From the NCBI GenBank assembly GCA_022768045.1, contig JALEND010000020.1, forward strand, positions 1 to 40,712: a stretch of 40,712 nt of DNA, read 5' to 3'. Positions 9,199 through 18,835 of this stretch are shown here, in pieces. Source of the DNA: Mycoplasmatota bacterium (GTDB taxonomy: Bacteria; Bacillota_I; Bacilli_A; RF39; UBA660). The notes under the pieces were generated by a model. That model was not told where the DNA came from. It made no database searches and was given only the letters and a program-made list of their open reading frames with translations. Made by a program: the position numbers and the translations under genes. Each line of letters begins with the position of its first letter. The stretch's first letter is position 1.

Positions 9199-9930
9199 AT
9201 GAATAAAAAGAAACTTACTATCATTATAATTAGTGTTGTAATATTTTTAGCGCTTATTTTTTCTACAGTACTTATATTTGTTAATAAAAATAAAGAAGTT
9301 AAGGTAGAAAATATTGATGCATTAAAAATTAAAGAAGAGTATGAAAGTTTAAATAATAAAAAAAGTAATAGTGGTAAAACATATCCTAAAGTAACATTAA
9401 GTGAAAATAATAAGTTTAAATATAAAAGTGCAAAAGAAATAGTTAATATTTTAAAAAGTGGTACTGGTTTAATATACTTAGGATTTCCTAAATGTCCTTG
9501 GTGTCGTAACGCAATTAACGTACTTAATTATGTTGATGTAAATGAAATTATGTATTTAGATATGACAAACCAAAGGGATGAGTATAGTATAAAGGATGGG
9601 GCATTAACAAAAACAAAAGATGGTACTAAAGAGTATTATGAGATACTTGAAATATTAGATGATATTCTTGATACTTATGAAGTATCGGATGATGCTGGAA
9701 ATAAGTTAAGTGCTAATGAAAAAAGAATATATGTACCATTAGTAATTGGTGTTAAAGATGGTAAAATAGTAGGTTATCACAAAGATACAGTTACATTAAG
9801 TGATAATCAAAGCTCATATGATTTATTAACTAAAAAACAACAAAGCGAGTTAAAGAAAATATATGATGATATAATTACAAAGGTAAATGATGATTTTTGT
9901 GATATAGAAAATAAAGATCATGGATGCTAA
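9199..9930 (+). CDS. Membrane-anchored thioredoxin-fold protein
   Basis: N-terminal basic+TM anchor, YLGFPKCPWCR CXXC motif, YVPLVIGVKDGKIVG cis-Pro strand. Confidence 0.8.
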   Translation: MNKKKLTIIIISVVIFLALIFSTVLIFVNKNKEVKVENIDALKIKEEYESLNNKKSNSGKTYPKVTLSENNKFKYKSAKEIVNILKSGTGLIYLGFPKCPWCRNAINVLNYVDVNEIMYLDMTNQRDEYSIKDGALTKTKDGTKEYYEILEILDDILDTYEVSDDAGNKLSANEKRIYVPLVIGVKDGKIVGYHKDTVTLSDNQSSYDLLTKKQQSELKKIYDDIITKVNDDFCDIENKDHGC

Positions 9931-9944
9931 AAGGAGGGTTTATT

Positions 9945-10667
9945 ATGGTAAGATCAACAAGAAGATTAGATGTTTCGTTAAGAAATTTTATTGATAGTTA
10001 TTATTTATATGAATTAGATTCTTCTTCTATGATGTATATGGTAGATGAAGGAATTATAGATGGATTAAATGATATAGAGAAAGGTAAAAAAAGAGATGTT
10101 TTAACACCTAGTGATGAAAAGAAAATAAAAGAAGATATTGATACTATAAGATTTTATAGTGATAAAATATCTAGAAGATCACTAGAATCTAGATACAAAA
10201 GAGATACTATTCGTCCAACAAGATATAGCAAGAAGAAAGTGTCTATAGATGAATTTCAAGATGTATATAAAGATATATTTAATAATATAAATGAATATAG
10301 ACAGATAGCAACTAAAAACGCTGAAAAGTTATCTTTGATATTTCCAGAACTTTTAAGTTTAAAAGAAAATAATATCATAACTGAAAATGACTTTAATATG
10401 TACGTATTAGCAAAAACAAAAAGAGATTTAAAAGATGTTTTAAATAGAATAAATAATAGTGCTAAATACATTGATCAGTCAAATGAAAAAGTATTTAGTG
10501 ATATGATAAAAATAAAAGATATAATAGATCAAAATGATTATTATTTTGATATTATGAATTCAGCTAAATACTACAATTTAGATAATAAAACGTTTGATGC
10601 TTTAGATAGGTGTAACAGAGACTATAAAATGTTAATTAATAAGAAAAATAAAATGTTAGGTATTTAA
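9945..10667 (+). CDS. Hypothetical protein
   Basis: 240 aa after a strong AAGGAGG RBS; helical and charged; no recognised motif. Confidence 0.75.
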   Translation: MVRSTRRLDVSLRNFIDSYYLYELDSSSMMYMVDEGIIDGLNDIEKGKKRDVLTPSDEKKIKEDIDTIRFYSDKISRRSLESRYKRDTIRPTRYSKKKVSIDEFQDVYKDIFNNINEYRQIATKNAEKLSLIFPELLSLKENNIITENDFNMYVLAKTKRDLKDVLNRINNSAKYIDQSNEKVFSDMIKIKDIIDQNDYYFDIMNSAKYYNLDNKTFDALDRCNRDYKMLINKKNKMLGI

Positions 10668-10696
10668 AAAAATCTAGATTATTTCTAGATTTTTTT
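10667..10696. terminator. Bidirectional terminator
   Basis: AAAAAATCTAGA-ttatt-TCTAGATTTTTTT between convergent genes. Confidence 0.8.
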
Positions 10697-10949
10697 ATAG
10701 TTTGACGTCTTTATATTTATTATATATATTTAGTATGTATAAATAAGTATCATTTGATACTTTATTTTTTATTTCATTTAACATTTTTAGTCTGTCTCCT
10801 TTATAAATTTCTCGCCAATTTTTCTTAATAAAATCATAAATTATTTTACCTTCGCCATCTTTTAAAATGATGTTATTTTTTTTAGTATAGTTTATAACAT
10901 CATCATAAGATAATTTGTCAACGTAGTTTTTTATTATCATTTCATACAT
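10695..10949 (-). CDS. Small protein resembling YqfT/DUF2624 sporulation family
   Basis: 84 aa, GGGTGA RBS; pattern II..YV.KL..DDV..Y......L...E....Y..IK......IY..DR..ML.EI...VS..T; sigma-E-like promoter upstream. Confidence 0.6.
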   Translation of the reverse strand: MYEMIIKNYVDKLSYDDVINYTKKNNIILKDGEGKIIYDFIKKNWREIYKGDRLKMLNEIKNKVSNDTYLYILNIYNKYKDVKL

Positions 10950-10964
10950 TTTAATCACCCTTTT

Positions 10965-10991
10965 ATTATATGAATATTAGATATAATTTAT
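10965..10991 (-). promoter_or_regulatory. Putative sigma-E promoter
   Basis: Minus strand reads ATA-N16-CATATAAT directly upstream of the RBS. Confidence 0.55.
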
Positions 10992-11018
10992 TACATAATA
11001 ATAATGGTGATTTTTAAC

Positions 11019-13040
11019 ATGAATAATAAACTAATTAATAAAAGATTTATTTTTATAGCATCTATTTTTTTAATATTTTTAATTATAATATCTATTAAGT
11101 TATTTAATATGCAACTTTTTGATACTAAAAAAAGTATGGCATCATTAAATAAATTATCTACTAAAATAGTATATGGAGAATCAAAACCAAGAGGAAGAAT
11201 ATTAGATACTAACGGTAATATATTAGTTGATAACATAGGCATAAATAAAATAGTGTACAAAAAAGAAAATGGTATTAAAAAAGAATATGAGTTTAAAATA
11301 GCTTATATGTTAGCAGAAAAGTTATCATTAGATGAAGATAAGATAACAGATGAAATATTAAAAAAGTTTTGGATTGCAAATAATAAGGATTTAGCAGATA
11401 AAAAAATAACAGCAAAAGAATATGAGTTATATAAACAAAGAAAGTTAAAGGCAAGTAAGCTAGAAGAACTTAAAATAAAAAGGGTAACTAAAAAAGAGAT
11501 TAGTTCATATAACACTTTAGATAAGAAAGCAGCTTACATATATTACTTAATGCATAATGGTTACTCTTATGATGATAAGATTATAAAAGAAGAAATAACA
11601 GATGAAGAACTTTTCTACGTAGAAGAAAATAAAGGTAAGTTAAACGGAGTCAGTGTCGTAACAACGTGGAAAAGAGTTTATCCTTATGGTGATTTATTAA
11701 AAGGCATACTAGGAAGTGTATCAACTAGTTCAAATGGCATTCCAAAAGATAAAAAAACATATTATTTAAAAAAGGGATATTCACTAAATGATAGGGTTGG
11801 ACTTAGTTATTTAGAGTTAGAATATGAAGATGAATTAAAGGGTACAAAAGATAAGTATGAAGTTAAAAATGGTGTTAAAAAGTTAATAAAAAAAGGCCAT
11901 AGAGGTAATGATATTGTATTATCTATAGATATTAATTTGCAAAAAGAAGTAGAAGAAATATTAAAAGAGGAAATATTAAAAGCTAAAAGTGAAGCTAATA
12001 CAAATTACTATGATCATTCATCTGTTATAATAACTGATCCTAGAACTGGAAACATATTATCAGTTGCATCTAAGCAAGTTATTATGCAAAATAATGATTA
12101 TAAGGTAAATGACTATATTACAAGTACATTATCACTTAGTATATCGCCTGGTTCTGTAGTTAAGGGTGCATCAATGCTTGTTGGTTATAAAACTGGTAAT
12201 TTAAAATTTGGTGATGTTTATTATGATAAGTGTATTAAGTTTAAAAATACTCCTAAAAAGTGTTCATGGTCTAATTCTCTTGGTTCTTTAAATGATATAA
12301 CAGCTCTTAAGTTTTCTTCTAATTCATACCAATTTCAATTAGCACTTAAAGTAGCAGGTGTAAAATACTATTATAATATGCCAGTAAAAATAGATTCTTC
12401 TGCACTTGATACTTATAGAAATGTTTTTAAAAGTCTTGGACTAGGTTCAAAAACAGGTATAGATCTTCCAAATGAAAATGCAGGCTATGAAGGAAAGGAG
12501 TCTAATGCAGGATTGTTATTAAACTACGCAATAGGTCAGTATGATTCTTATACAATATATCAATTAGCAAGTTATATTAACACTATTATAAATGATGGAG
12601 ATAGACTAAAACTTAGTTTGTTAAAAGAAATTAGAAGTTATACAAATGATGATAGTATTGGCCCTGTAAAATTAAAATATGAAAAGAAAAGTATTGATAA
12701 ATTAGATCTTGATAAATCATATTTTTTAAGGGTAAAAGAAGGTTTTAAAAGTGTTATGCAAGGTTATTTAGGTAGAGGTTACATGGGTGATATAAAGGAT
12801 AGTGCAGGAAAAACTGGTACATCAGAAACTTTTTATGATTCAGATGCAGATAAAGTAGTTGATACAGAAACATATACTAAGTCATTTATAGGTTATGCGC
12901 CAGCTGATAATCCAGTAATGAGTATTGTTAGTATATCACCTCATGTAAGGGTAAAAAACAACTATTCTAACTATTCTTCTAACGTAAATAAAAGAATTGT
13001 ATCAAGAATTTGTAATAAATTCTTTGAAATTTACAAATAA
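11019..13040 (+). CDS. Class B penicillin-binding protein (PbpA/PBP2-like)
   Basis: N-terminal TM, PRGRILD, RVYP, GLSYLE..YE..LKG; transpeptidase motifs SVVK, SSN, KTG. Alternative start 11004. Confidence 0.93.
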   Translation: MNNKLINKRFIFIASIFLIFLIIISIKLFNMQLFDTKKSMASLNKLSTKIVYGESKPRGRILDTNGNILVDNIGINKIVYKKENGIKKEYEFKIAYMLAEKLSLDEDKITDEILKKFWIANNKDLADKKITAKEYELYKQRKLKASKLEELKIKRVTKKEISSYNTLDKKAAYIYYLMHNGYSYDDKIIKEEITDEELFYVEENKGKLNGVSVVTTWKRVYPYGDLLKGILGSVSTSSNGIPKDKKTYYLKKGYSLNDRVGLSYLELEYEDELKGTKDKYEVKNGVKKLIKKGHRGNDIVLSIDINLQKEVEEILKEEILKAKSEANTNYYDHSSVIITDPRTGNILSVASKQVIMQNNDYKVNDYITSTLSLSISPGSVVKGASMLVGYKTGNLKFGDVYYDKCIKFKNTPKKCSWSNSLGSLNDITALKFSSNSYQFQLALKVAGVKYYYNMPVKIDSSALDTYRNVFKSLGLGSKTGIDLPNENAGYEGKESNAGLLLNYAIGQYDSYTIYQLASYINTIINDGDRLKLSLLKEIRSYTNDDSIGPVKLKYEKKSIDKLDLDKSYFLRVKEGFKSVMQGYLGRGYMGDIKDSAGKTGTSETFYDSDADKVVDTETYTKSFIGYAPADNPVMSIVSISPHVRVKNNYSNYSSNVNKRIVSRICNKFFEIYK

Positions 13041-13086
13041 TCTGTTATAATACCTTTAGTTAACCGAAAAAGGAGGGGAAGTAACG

Positions 13087-13260
13087 ATGGCAAAGAAAAA
13101 CGAAAACAGAAGCAATATTACTTTGAAATGCACTAAATGCGGTGAAGTAAGAATTCGTACTCAAAAAAACAGAATTAATACTCCAGAACGTTTAGAAATA
13201 AATAAGTATTGTTCTAAGTGCAGAACTCATACACCTCATAAAGAATCTAAATCAGCATAA
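13087..13260 (+). CDS. rpmG: 50S ribosomal protein L33 (Zn-binding form); absent from ORF track
   Basis: [57 protein letters not shown]; two CxxC motifs; AAGGAGG RBS. Confidence 0.95.
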   Translation: MAKKNENRSNITLKCTKCGEVRIRTQKNRINTPERLEINKYCSKCRTHTPHKESKSA

Positions 13261-13299
13261 TTTTATAATTATGTTTAATTTTTTGAAAGGAGCAGTCTT

Positions 13300-13860
13300 A
13301 TGATTAACGTAAATGATGTTAAAAATGGTATGACTATTGAAGTTGATGGTAATATATATCAAGTTTTAGAAACTTCTCATGTAAAACCTGGTAAAGGTGC
13401 AGCATTTGCTAAGATGAAGCTTAAAAACTTAAGAACAGGTTCCATAGTAGAACAAACTTATAATAGTAGTATTAAAGTTGCTAAAGCAATTATTCAAAGA
13501 AAACCTATGCAATATTTATATAGTGCTGGTGAATCTTACAGCTTTATGGACATGAATACTTATGAACAAGTAGAATTAACTTCTAGCCAAATAGGTGATG
13601 ATGTAAAGTACTTAAAAGAAAACTTAGAAGTTAGTCTTATATATTTTGGAGATGAATTAATTGGTATAAGTTTACCTGAAAAAATAGATTATGTAATTAC
13701 TCATACAGAACAAGCTGTTAAAGGTAATACATCGTCTGGTGCACAAAAAGATGCAACTTTAGAAAATGGTATGACAATTAAAGTTCCATTATTTATTTCT
13801 GAAGGTGAATCAGTTATTATATCAACTAGTGATGGAAAATATGTATCAAGAAGCAAATAA
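13300..13860 (+). CDS. efp: Elongation factor P
   Basis: HVKPGKGAAF, VKGNT, LENG..IKVPLFI..GE, GKYVSR. Confidence 0.98.
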   Translation: MINVNDVKNGMTIEVDGNIYQVLETSHVKPGKGAAFAKMKLKNLRTGSIVEQTYNSSIKVAKAIIQRKPMQYLYSAGESYSFMDMNTYEQVELTSSQIGDDVKYLKENLEVSLIYFGDELIGISLPEKIDYVITHTEQAVKGNTSSGAQKDATLENGMTIKVPLFISEGESVIISTSDGKYVSRSK

Positions 13861-13949
13861 GCTTCTTTTTTTGTTATTTAGGTATTTTAATTTATTTATA
13901 ATTGTGGTAAAATAATTTTATAGTAAAAGTAGGACGAAAGGGTGATTTG

Positions 13950-14348
13950 ATGGCTTTTAGTTTAAAGAAATTATTAAACGGTGGAGATATTTCTAGTGAT
14001 GATGAATATTATACTTTAAGTGTGGAAGAAGCAAGTAAGGAAGAGGCTGGAGAAGGTTCAAAGATGATACTTCTTGAACCTAGAGCATATTCTGAATCAC
14101 AACAAATAGCAGACTATTTAAAGAAGAGAAACACAGTAGTTGTAAATTTAAAAAGAGTTACCCCAGATCAAGGAAAAAGAATAATTGATTTTGTAAGTGG
14201 TTGTTTATATGCTATAGGTGGAACTATGCAAAAGCTAGGTGATGGTATATTCTTATGTGCCCCTAAAAACATTAATGTTCAAGGTAAAATGACTGAAGAT
14301 GATACTCAATCTAGAAGAAAAACTAAGAATATTTCAGAGGATTTTTAA
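13950..14348 (+). CDS. sepF: Cell division protein SepF
   Basis: EPRAYSESQQIADYLK..VVVNL, RIIDFVSG..YAIGG..QK..IFLCAP.N. Confidence 0.95.
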   Translation: MAFSLKKLLNGGDISSDDEYYTLSVEEASKEEAGEGSKMILLEPRAYSESQQIADYLKKRNTVVVNLKRVTPDQGKRIIDFVSGCLYAIGGTMQKLGDGIFLCAPKNINVQGKMTEDDTQSRRKTKNISEDF

Positions 14349-14447
14349 TTAAAAGATTAAATCTAAGGTATTAAACTTTGGATTTTTTTAATTTTTGATA
14401 TACTATAGTTATTAAAGATAATAATTTAAGATGAAAGGTGTAAAAAG

Positions 14448-15368
14448 ATGTATAAGAAGTTAAGTAAAAACGCAACAATAGGGGTTGTTGGTGTTTCTAA
14501 TAGTATTAAAAGAGAAAACAAGGAAAGTATTTTTTTAAAAGCTAAAAAGTTATTTGAAGATCACGGATACAAGCTAAAATTTAGTGATAATGTTTTCATA
14601 GACTATTATGGAATGGCAGGAAGTGCAAAACAAAAGGCAGAAGAATTAAATAATATGTTTAAAGATCCTAGTATAGATTTAATAATGTGCTTAGATGGAG
14701 GAGATTCTTGTAATACAATAATTGATTATTTAGATTATTAATTAATTAAGAATAATCCTAAACCAATTGTAGGATATAGTGACGTAACTGTTTTATTAGA
14801 AACAATAAATAAAATGACAGGAATAATTACGTTTCATGGACCAGCATTTTTAAGTTTTGGAGAAGATTATGGAGAAAAGTGCATGGAAAACTTTGTAAAT
14901 ACATTTGAAAAGGGTTTATTTGATGACTTTTTAAACAGTAATATAAAAGAAGTAAGAAAGGGAAATTCTAAAGGTAAACTAATTGGTACTAACTTAGAGT
15001 GTTCAATATATATAATAGGTACTAAGTATTTTCCTGATGTAAACAATAACATATTATTAGTAGAAAGATATATTACAACACCTAGTGAAACTTATAATCA
15101 TTTTTATCAATTAAAGCAAAAGGGTATTTTAGATAAAATAAGTGGTTTATTAATAGGTTATAATTATTCTTTTGAATCAGAAAAAAGTGGCAGAAAAACA
15201 GATATTAAGATGGAGGATATTGCAAAAGAAGTATCTAAAGATTATGATTTTCCTATATATAAGTGTTAAACTTTTGGTCATGAAATGGCAAACGTTGTAA
15301 TTCCGGTAGGAGCTACTGCAGAGATAATTGATAATAAGTTAAAAATAACAGAAAAAATATTCTTTTAA
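14448..15368 (+). pseudogene. S66 LD-carboxypeptidase (MccF/LdcA family) interrupted by two in-frame TAA codons
   Basis: Single frame: ...IDYLDY*LIKNNPKPIVGYSDVT...FHGP...GKLIGTNL...LLVE...YKC*TFGHEMANVVIPVG...; stops at 14739-14741 and 15267-15269. Confidence 0.88.
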
Positions 15369-15370
15369 TA

Positions 15371-15398
15371 TTGCAAAAAGTAATATTTATGATAAAAT
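15371..15398 (+). promoter_or_regulatory. Sigma-A promoter of ileS leader
   Basis: TTGCAA-N16-TAAAAT with extended TG. Confidence 0.6.
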
Positions 15399-15409
15399 TA
15401 TAAGTATAA

Positions 15410-15633
15410 ATCAATTGATGAAGACGTTATAATGTGAAATTAAAAGAGAGTCTACTAGTTGGTGAGAGGTAGGTTAAGGAAGCATTATAAAAATCACTTC
15501 TGATGAGATTATTTGAAAAAAGTAGAATATTCCGCAAGCTTGCGTTAAAAGTATGAGGTGCACACAATAATTAGTGTGAATTAAGGTGGTCTCGCGGTTA
15601 TTAATCGTCCTTTACATAAAGGATGATTTTTTT
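15410..15633 (+). ncRNA. T-box riboswitch (Ile)
   Basis: AGAGA and GGTGAGA stem I motifs, ATC specifier at 15493-15495, AGTA/GAA stem II, CCG..GCGTT, antiterminator AAGG-TGGTCTC-GCG..CGT-CCTT, terminator 15603-15633. Confidence 0.9.
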
Positions 15634-15653
15634 ATTTTAAAGGAGGAATAAAG

Positions 15654-18600
15654 ATGAGTAAATTATTTGAAGAATTATCAAAAGAAGATGCAAATAAAGT
15701 AGAGAAAAGTTTGTTAAAAAAATGGAAAGACATGGATTTATTACAAAAGACAATTGATAACAGAAAAGAAAGTTTTGTATTTTATGATGGACCAATATAT
15801 GCAAATGCAAAGCCAGGTATTCATCATGTGTTTGCAAAAACAATTAAAGATGCCTTTTGTAAGTATAAAACAATGAAAGGTTATAGAGTAGATAGAAAAA
15901 TAGGTCTTGATTGTAATGGACTTCCTATTGAGTATAACGTAGAGAAAAAATTAGGTATTAATGGTAAAAAAGACATTGAAGAAATGGGTATTGATAAATT
16001 TGTTAATGAGTGTAAAAAAAATACTGCCTTAAACATTGATGAGGTAAGAAAAGTAACTGATATGATGGGACAATTTATTGATCAAGAACATCCATATATT
16101 ACATGTGAAAATGATTATCATGAAACAGAGTGGTATTTATTTAAGGAAATGCATAAAAAAGGTGCTATTTATCATAGTAATAAGATTCTTCCATATTGTC
16201 CAAGATGTGGTACTGAACTTGCTAAGTTTGAAGTTGACCAAGGATATCAATTAGATCCTGTTAATACTGTAATTGTTCCCTTTAAATTAGTAGATAAAGA
16301 TGAGTACTTACTTGTATGGACTACAACTCCATGGACTTTACTTGATAATGTTGCAGCTTGTGTTAATCCTGATTATGAATATATAAAAGCAGAGTCTATG
16401 GGATATAAGTTTATCTTATGTAAAGATTTAGCTAACAAAGTATTAGGTGATGAGTATAAAACTTTAGAAACTTATAAAGGTACTGACTTAGTAGGTCTTA
16501 AGTATGAACAATTAATGCCTTTTGCAAGTGTAGAAGGTGGTAAGTCATTTGAGGTAATAGCAGATAATTATGTTACTTCAGAAGATGGTACTGGTATAGT
16601 ACATATTGCACCTGCTTATGGTGAAGATGATAACAGAGTATGTCGTGAAAATGGTATTGGTTGGACACAAAGTGTTGATTTAGCTGGTAAATATACTATT
16701 GGTCCATGGAAGGGTACTTTAGTAACTGATAAAGACTTAGAAATAACTATTATAAAATGGTTAAAAGAAAATGATAAATTATTTAAGAAAATAAAAATAG
16801 AACACGATTATCCTCACTGCTGGAGATGTAAGAGTCCATTAATATACTTTGCAAAACCAGCTTGGTATGTTAAAACAACTGAGTATAAAGATAAGATAAT
16901 AGAAGAAAATAATAAAATTAATTGGTATCCAGATTATGTAGGTACAAAAAGATTTGGTAACTGGCTTGATAACATGGTAGACTGGGGTATTTCAAGAAAT
17001 AGATACTGGGGATGCCCATTACCATTTTGGGTATGTGATAGCTGCGGAGAATTTGATGTAATAGGTTCACGTGATGAATTAATTAAAAGAGCAGATCAAG
17101 ATTTAAAATATGAGGAAATAGATTTACATAGACCATATGTTGATAATATTACAATGAAATGTTCTTGCGGTGGAGTTATGCATAGAGTAAAAGACGTAGC
17201 AGATGTTTGGTTTGATTCTGGAGCTATGCCTTATGCACAATGTCATTATCCATTTGAAAATAAAGACTGGTTTGATAAACACTTTCCAGCTGATTTTATT
17301 GCAGAGGGTATTGATCAAACTCGTGGATGGTTTTATGTATTATTATGCATATCAACAATAATATCTGGTAAATCATCATTTAAAAATGTTGTTGTAAATG
17401 ATATGATGCTTGATGCTCATGGTAAGAAAATGAGTAAGTCAACTGGTAACATAATTGATCCAATAGAAATTATGACTAAGTATGGAGCAGACCCAGTTAG
17501 ATGGTATATGCTTTATACATCACCTGTTTGGACTCCATTAAAATTTGATGAAAATGGTCTTAAAGAAGTTCATTCTAAGTTCTTCTCAACATTAAAAAAC
17601 ACTTATTCTTTCTTTGCGTTATATGCAAATACTGATAATGTAGATCCAAGAAGTTTTGAAGTTCCATACGAAAAAAGAGAAGAAATAGATAAATGGTTAC
17701 TTTCTAAATATAATAAATTATTAGAATATGTTACAGAATCTTATGATGAGTATGATTTAAATAAAGTAGTAAAAGCTATTACAAACTTTGTATCTGAAGA
17801 CTTATCTAACTGGTATATCAGAAGAAATAGACGTAGATTCTGGGGTAGTTCTTTAGACATAAGTAAAAAAGCTGTATATAAAACAACTTATGAAGTATTA
17901 GTTGGTTTATGTGAGATGATCGCTCCAATTGCACCTTATATATCAGATGAAATATATACTAAGTTAACTGGTGATTTATCAGTACATTTAAGTGATTTTC
18001 CAAAGACAAATAAATCATTAATAAATGAAGAAATTGAAGAAAAAATGGACTTAGTAAGAGATTTAATTTCACTTGGTAGAAATGCAAGAGAAGAAGTTAA
18101 AATAAAGGTTAGACAACCAATTAGTGAAGTATTAGTAGATGGTAAAAATAAAAACATAATTGGTGATTTAGTAGATTTAATAAAAGAAGAGTTAAATGTA
18201 AAAAAAGTAACTTACATAGATGATTTATCAGTTTACATGAACTTTGAAGTTAAACCAAACTTTAAAGTAGTTGGTAAGGTATTTGGACCTAAGATAAAAT
18301 CATATCAAAAAGAACTTTCTTCTTTAACTGATGAAGAAATAAGTAAATTACAAAATAATGAAAGTATTAAAATGACTATAGAGGGTGAAGAATTTAATAT
18401 AACACCTGATATGGTAGATATTAGAGTTTCTGCAAAAGAAGGATATGATGCTAAAAAAGAAAATAATAACTTTATCATATTAAATACTAACTTAACAGAT
18501 GAGTTAATAGGTGAAGGTATAGCAAGAGAACTTATATCTAAAGTTCAAAACTTAAGAAAACAAAAGGACTTTGATGTAGCAGATAGAATTAAGTTATATT

Positions 18601-18755
18601 ATAGTTCTAATGAAAAATTTGACTTAGTTATAAGAGATTTTGAAGAAATGATTAAAAAAGAAACACTAAGCTTAGAAATAATAAAGAAAAATGATTTAAC
18701 AGAAGAATTTGATCTTAATGGAATAAATGTTAAATTAGATGTAGAAAAGGCTTAA
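15654..18755 (+). CDS. ileS: Isoleucine--tRNA ligase, type 2 (IleRS2)
   Basis: YDGP.YAN..PGIHH, WTTTPWTL, GTGIVHIAPAYGED, YPHCWRC, SRNRYWG, EGIDQTRGWFY, KMSKS, IKVRQP C-terminus typical of IleRS2. Confidence 0.97.
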   Translation: MSKLFEELSKEDANKVEKSLLKKWKDMDLLQKTIDNRKESFVFYDGPIYANAKPGIHHVFAKTIKDAFCKYKTMKGYRVDRKIGLDCNGLPIEYNVEKKLGINGKKDIEEMGIDKFVNECKKNTALNIDEVRKVTDMMGQFIDQEHPYITCENDYHETEWYLFKEMHKKGAIYHSNKILPYCPRCGTELAKFEVDQGYQLDPVNTVIVPFKLVDKDEYLLVWTTTPWTLLDNVAACVNPDYEYIKAESMGYKFILCKDLANKVLGDEYKTLETYKGTDLVGLKYEQLMPFASVEGGKSFEVIADNYVTSEDGTGIVHIAPAYGEDDNRVCRENGIGWTQSVDLAGKYTIGPWKGTLVTDKDLEITIIKWLKENDKLFKKIKIEHDYPHCWRCKSPLIYFAKPAWYVKTTEYKDKIIEENNKINWYPDYVGTKRFGNWLDNMVDWGISRNRYWGCPLPFWVCDSCGEFDVIGSRDELIKRADQDLKYEEIDLHRPYVDNITMKCSCGGVMHRVKDVADVWFDSGAMPYAQCHYPFENKDWFDKHFPADFIAEGIDQTRGWFYVLLCISTIISGKSSFKNVVVNDMMLDAHGKKMSKSTGNIIDPIEIMTKYGADPVRWYMLYTSPVWTPLKFDENGLKEVHSKFFSTLKNTYSFFALYANTDNVDPRSFEVPYEKREEIDKWLLSKYNKLLEYVTESYDEYDLNKVVKAITNFVSEDLSNWYIRRNRRRFWGSSLDISKKAVYKTTYEVLVGLCEMIAPIAPYISDEIYTKLTGDLSVHLSDFPKTNKSLINEEIEEKMDLVRDLISLGRNAREEVKIKVRQPISEVLVDGKNKNIIGDLVDLIKEELNVKKVTYIDDLSVYMNFEVKPNFKVVGKVFGPKIKSYQKELSSLTDEEISKLQNNESIKMTIEGEEFNITPDMVDIRVSAKEGYDAKKENNNFIILNTNLTDELIGEGIARELISKVQNLRKQKDFDVADRIKLYYSSNEKFDLVIRDFEEMIKKETLSLEIIKKNDLTEEFDLNGINVKLDVEKA

Positions 18756-18835
18756 TATAAAGTCTTTTTTCTCTTGATTAAAATTTATGTTTTATGTTAG
18801 AATAACAAATGCGTTTTTTAAAGGAGAAGTAAGAT

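Noticed and set aside
14739-15269. Genome-wide TAA or TGA stop-codon reassignment
   Set aside because: TAA ends most conserved genes at expected lengths, TGA ends spoVAD and prsW, and Trp codons are TGG; only one gene is affected.
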